Source: Eledone cirrhosa
Lineage: Eukaryota
Assembly: GCA_964016885.1 (NCBI GenBank)
Contig: OZ024749.1
Location: forward strand, 17,732,001-17,796,000
Reading direction: 5' to 3'
DNA length: 64,000 nucleotides
The translations under genes and the position numbers were made by a program. Positions 59,248 through 64,000 of this stretch are shown here, one piece after another (the first letter of the stretch is position 1; each line of letters begins with the position of its first letter). The notes beneath the pieces are model-generated. The model did no database searches. It saw nothing but the letters and a program-made list of their open reading frames with translations, and was not told the DNA's origin.

Positions 59248-60828
59248 CTACATTTTAAATTCAAATTTATATTTAAACGTTGAGTTTAATCTATGTTTGC
59301 AACAACTGAATAAATTTGTCCGTAGATTAAGGGAATTTTTAGATTTTAGTATAAAGAATATCTCCTCTGCGCAGAGGTCACATGTCTCAGAGGATGAATT
59401 AAAAGGAATCCCTCTTGAGACTATATTCCAAGCCGTCGAATACCTAACGTTATCTAGCTTAAGTTGCCATAGTACGCCTGATAGTGCCGTTGAAGATTTT
59501 TTACTTGGATCTGTGAAAGAATTCTTGTGGTTATTATAGCGAAGTTTAAATTCCGTCGATGTGGAACCGACGTAGTTAAAAGAATTAGAGTCAGTATTAA
59601 CATTACAATTGTATACTATATTTTTAACTAAGCAGTTCTTATTTAACGGACATTTAGATCTATCTCTACAGTTACATTTGTTAACTTGTATATTATTTAT
59701 GCTGTTATCACTAGGTTTTAAGTTCCTATTATTTATTCTATTGATATTTTGTGCTAAATTTTTGGTGGATGAGTAGGTTAATTTAATTGTATGTCTATTG
59801 AAAATTGAGTGATATCTATGTGTTCTAGGGAAGTGATTATCAAGAGCTTTAAAAAATAGTTTAGCGATGTGGGTTTTAATGTTTAGTGAGAAAGGGGGGG
59901 GGGGGGGGGGGGGGGCAAACCAAATTATGTTCCTAGTTCTATTTCTTTTTTGGCCTTTGGAATTATTGTAATGCTTTCTATTATAGTTGTTAAGGATGTT
60001 GCCGTAATTAAAAAAGTTGTTACTTTGTTTAGTTTGTCTATCATTATCTATGTACACAATCTTATCAGCATATCCTGCTCTAGCTAATGCTTCATTGTAG
60101 TATTGGGCTTTTTCGTCGAAAATCTTTCTATTCGACAAGATCCTAGAGATACGTTTTGGGACAGAGTTTACTATAGTGTTTTTGACAGATCTGGGGTGGT
60201 TAGAGTTAAAGTTTACATAGTTTAAGTTTTCATTCAACTTGTGAAAAGGATAGTGAAGACATGTGTTGAGATTTAATGTTATATCTAGGAAATTGACTAT
60301 TCTATGGTTGTTTTCAATTTCTATTTTAAGATTAAAGTAATTAAAAAATTGTGTAATTTGTTTACATTTTCTATTTAGTTCAGAGTTATTATTATCAATA
60401 AGTAAAAGCATGTCGTCTCTATATAAACCTCCGGTAGTACCGGGTATTTTCCTATGTAGCGAATTGATTAAAAATAAACCCACAAGGTCAGTTACCTGGG
60501 CTGAGTCGGATGATCCCATAGTAATGTCAAAATTGCTATCTCTATCTGCTCTGGTCCATAGTTGGTCATTAAATTCTATCAAAGTTTTCCTAGCCGATAA
60601 TATAATATGCATTTCATTGCTAGTTAGGTCAGTATGTTTGAATGCGTAATTTAGTGCCTTATTTAGTAGATTAGGGGTAATAGAAGAATAATAGTTAGCT
60701 ATATCAAGTTGAATAAACTTATTATTATTGTTATATTTAATTTGCTTAAACCACTCAACGACTTCTCCAGTTCCCTTCCACAAGCTTAGGTCAGATAAAC
60801 AATCCAAGTTCTTAATTTGCTGTATCAC
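59248..60828 (-). CDS. PLE reverse transcriptase plus C-terminal GIY-YIG endonuclease (N-terminally truncated, 526 codons open)
   Basis: FIQLDIANYYSSI, MGSSDSAQVTDLVG, LYRDDML, VNFLDITLNL, SNHP, CNCRDRSKCPL..NIVY..YVGST..FKLRYNNH..CDLCAEE. Confidence 0.9.
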   Translation of the reverse strand: MIQQIKNLDCLSDLSLWKGTGEVVEWFKQIKYNNNNKFIQLDIANYYSSITPNLLNKALNYAFKHTDLTSNEMHIILSARKTLIEFNDQLWTRADRDSNFDITMGSSDSAQVTDLVGLFLINSLHRKIPGTTGGLYRDDMLLLIDNNNSELNRKCKQITQFFNYFNLKIEIENNHRIVNFLDITLNLNTCLHYPFHKLNENLNYVNFNSNHPRSVKNTIVNSVPKRISRILSNRKIFDEKAQYYNEALARAGYADKIVYIDNDRQTKQSNNFFNYGNILNNYNRKHYNNSKGQKRNRTRNIIWFAPPPPPPPFSLNIKTHIAKLFFKALDNHFPRTHRYHSIFNRHTIKLTYSSTKNLAQNINRINNRNLKPSDNSINNIQVNKCNCRDRSKCPLNKNCLVKNIVYNCNVNTDSNSFNYVGSTSTEFKLRYNNHKNSFTDPSKKSSTALSGVLWQLKLDNVRYSTAWNIVSRGIPFNSSSETCDLCAEEIFFILKSKNSLNLRTNLFSCCKHRLNSTFKYKFEFKM

Positions 60829-61798
60829 CCATATTTTTAATATGTAAATTTTTTAATATGTAATATTTTTAATATGTAATATTCTTTCGTAATATTTCTT
60901 AGTTTTCTATTTTATTATTACTTATTATTATTATTGTTATTTTTAATTTAGTTTTGTTTCCGATATATTTTTATTTTTATTTTTATTAGTATATTGAAAT
61001 CTGCTCTATCTTTGATTGATAGATAATCTTGTAGAGTAGAGACAGAAATAGTAATATTGACTCTATATACAAATATATGTATACTTAAATTTTTATACCG
61101 CATTGAGAATACTTTCCGTGAACTTAGGGTTTGCAGAATTGATCATGTACTTTCACATAGATGTTTGTAATTATCACATAAACATATGAATTTTTTTTAA
61201 AAACTAAACATAAGATCATTAATTTTCACACATTGTGGATACATATCTCATTCAGGAATACTGATATTTGCAATGCAGAGGCTGGTTTTGTAAATACTAA
61301 TACCTCGCCTGTGTCTGGATATTTTTGAATTTTCTCTCTCTTTTTTTTTTCTCTCTCTATATTTTTTCTCTCCCTATATAACAGCTGGTTTTCCCTCCAT
61401 ATATCTCCCTTACATTAATACTAGAGCTAAATAAATAAATAAATAAATAAATGTATCATTGATACGTTATTTAACAGTTGTCCCACTACCTAGCTTTCTA
61501 TATGTGTATCTATCTCTATTTCCTCTCTCTCTATATATATATATCTTTCTGTTTCTTTACATGAAGTTCTTCTCTTTATCTATCTTTCCATCTCTCTATT
61601 TTGTTCCATGCATTTCTTCTTTTTTTTTTTCTTCGTTTTCTGTCTTTCTTTCCTTTTTTCTCTCTTTTTTTCTCTCTTTCTCTCTCTCTTTCTTTCTCTC
61701 TGTGTACAATTTTGTCACAACCAAATCAACCTTCTCAAATGCAAGTAGATGTTGTTACGGTATGTCGAATCTATTTATCTATAAAACTGTTTATATTG

Positions 61799-61864
61799 TA
61801 TTTTGTCTGAGGAAGGCATAGCATATTGTTAATATGTTATCCCTGAAATATATATAATGAAATA
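61799..61864 (+). ncRNA. Hammerhead ribozyme (family C inverted arm)
   Basis: Reverse complement of 57869-57934. Confidence 0.85.
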
Positions 61865-61907
61865 AATATGGTTTTATAGATATAGTTTCCATTTATTTAA
61901 TATTGTA

Positions 61908-62905
<998 letters not shown>

Positions 62906-63613
62906 TACAATATGTTAAAAAGGTAACACACTAGAGAGAGATAGAGTACCCCATCAATAAATCAGGGAAAAACCACCAGTGTATGGAATCTATAACCTAT
63001 GAAAGGCAGAATATAGAAACGATAATTAAAAATATAAATTAAAGCGAAAATAAATACCTCTATAACTATATAACACACATACAAATCTGAAGTGATCTGT
63101 TTCTCTCTTTTTAGTTGAGCACACTTCTCTGAGTGGTTTTACGCTGCCCTTTCTAGCAGCTCGTCCCTCAGAGACCACTGGTTCACTGCCCTTAAACACA
63201 CTGTGACTTCTCTCTCCCACGTGTAGTTGGACGGTCACTTTAAAAAATCTCTTAGTGTTGTCTGAAATGTATAGCCTTACACACGCTGAGGAACTGGGGT
63301 TATTCCATTTCTGTCAACAACTTAATGGCGAAACAGATCACTTTGGATTTGTACGTGTCTTATATCATTATAGAGGTATTTATTTATGCTTTAATTTATA
63401 TTTTTAATTATCGTGTCTATATTCTACATTTCATAGGTTATAGATTCCATACACTGGTGGTTTTTCCCTGTTTTATTGATGGCGCATTGTATCTCTCTCT
63501 AGTGTGTTACCTTTTCACCATATTGTATTCTAAAGTGCCCAGGATTTCCTCTCCTTTGAGCACACTATTGACAGGGAACAGCGAGAGTCTATGGCTCAGT
63601 TAATATATCGTGA
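62906..63613 (+). mobile_element. Older non-coding fold-back element: arms 62906-63117 and 63318-63527, tail 63529-63613
   Basis: Inverted repeat with multiple mismatches; weak HHR remnant CTGAGGA (63286)..GAAAC-agatc (63330-63339). Confidence 0.75.
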
Positions 63614-63632
63614 TATATATATATATATATAT

Positions 63633-64000
63633 GGCGCTATAAAAGACATTCTATGAGACATTGATGCTCACTACCTCCCGAATAACCGACAGTGACTACA
63701 TAATTATTGCTGGCGACCTAAATGGTCACGTTGGACAACATTGTGACGGCTATGACGGAATCCATGGAAGCTATGGGTTTGGTACTAGAAATTAGGAAGG
63801 CTCCAGAATCATGGAATTCTGTGACGCAAATAACCTAACTTTCTGTAACACTAACTTCAAAAAACGAGACAATCATTTGATCACCTATAGATCAGGGGAA
63901 CACGCCAGTCAGATAGATTATATCCTTACCAGAAGACATGATAGAGTGTCTGTTGTAAACACTAAATCCCTCCCCCATGAAGAATGCACCTCCCAACATA
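63633..64000 (+). mobile_element. RTE LINE AP-endonuclease fragment, runs off the window
   Basis: IIAGDLNGHVG..GIHGSYGFGTRN*EG..NTNFKKRDNHLITYRSG..SQIDYIL..EECTSQH. Confidence 0.9.

Larger units (their letters stand above)
57740..61907 (-). mobile_element. PLE family C (tentatively Nematis-like) fold-back: tail 57740-57825, arms 57826-58854 and 60831-61907
   Basis: About 1.05 kb inverted repeats around a 5'-truncated RT plus GIY-YIG ORF; HHR in each arm. Confidence 0.95.

Noticed and set aside
59894-59915. Poly-G run giving poly-Pro in the PLE ORF (also G run at ~39295-39308)
   Set aside because: Homopolymer expansion or sequencing error is more likely than function.

Overview
AT-rich metazoan DNA, most likely a coleoid cephalopod such as Octopus (inferred from the [14 protein letters not shown]-type C2H2 array, the SINE types and very large TA tracts). 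There is one host gene, a decaying C2H2 zinc-finger ORF (8329-8937, minus). The rest is a nest of transposons separated by (TA)n-derived microsatellites: at least 5 coding Penelope-like element (PLE) families, two or more RTE LINE families, CR1-group LINEs, an R4/Dong-type LINE, a near-complete L1/Tx1, a DD37D mariner, a Helitron and several SINEs. The main unannotated signal is about 20 hammerhead-ribozyme (HHR) motifs, read by eye, in PLE 3' regions. Seven PLE-derived insertions are fold-back structures: two inverted copies of the 3' end, one carrying a 57-112 nt tail and the other stopping short of it. In the two families with several copies, the stopping point is the same base. They range from an 11.3 kb interrupted composite to a 440 bp non-coding double-hammerhead hairpin, and one has a compensatory U3-A8 catalytic core. 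All calls are manual; no alignments or database searches were run. Clade names are tentative and boundaries may be off by a few bases.
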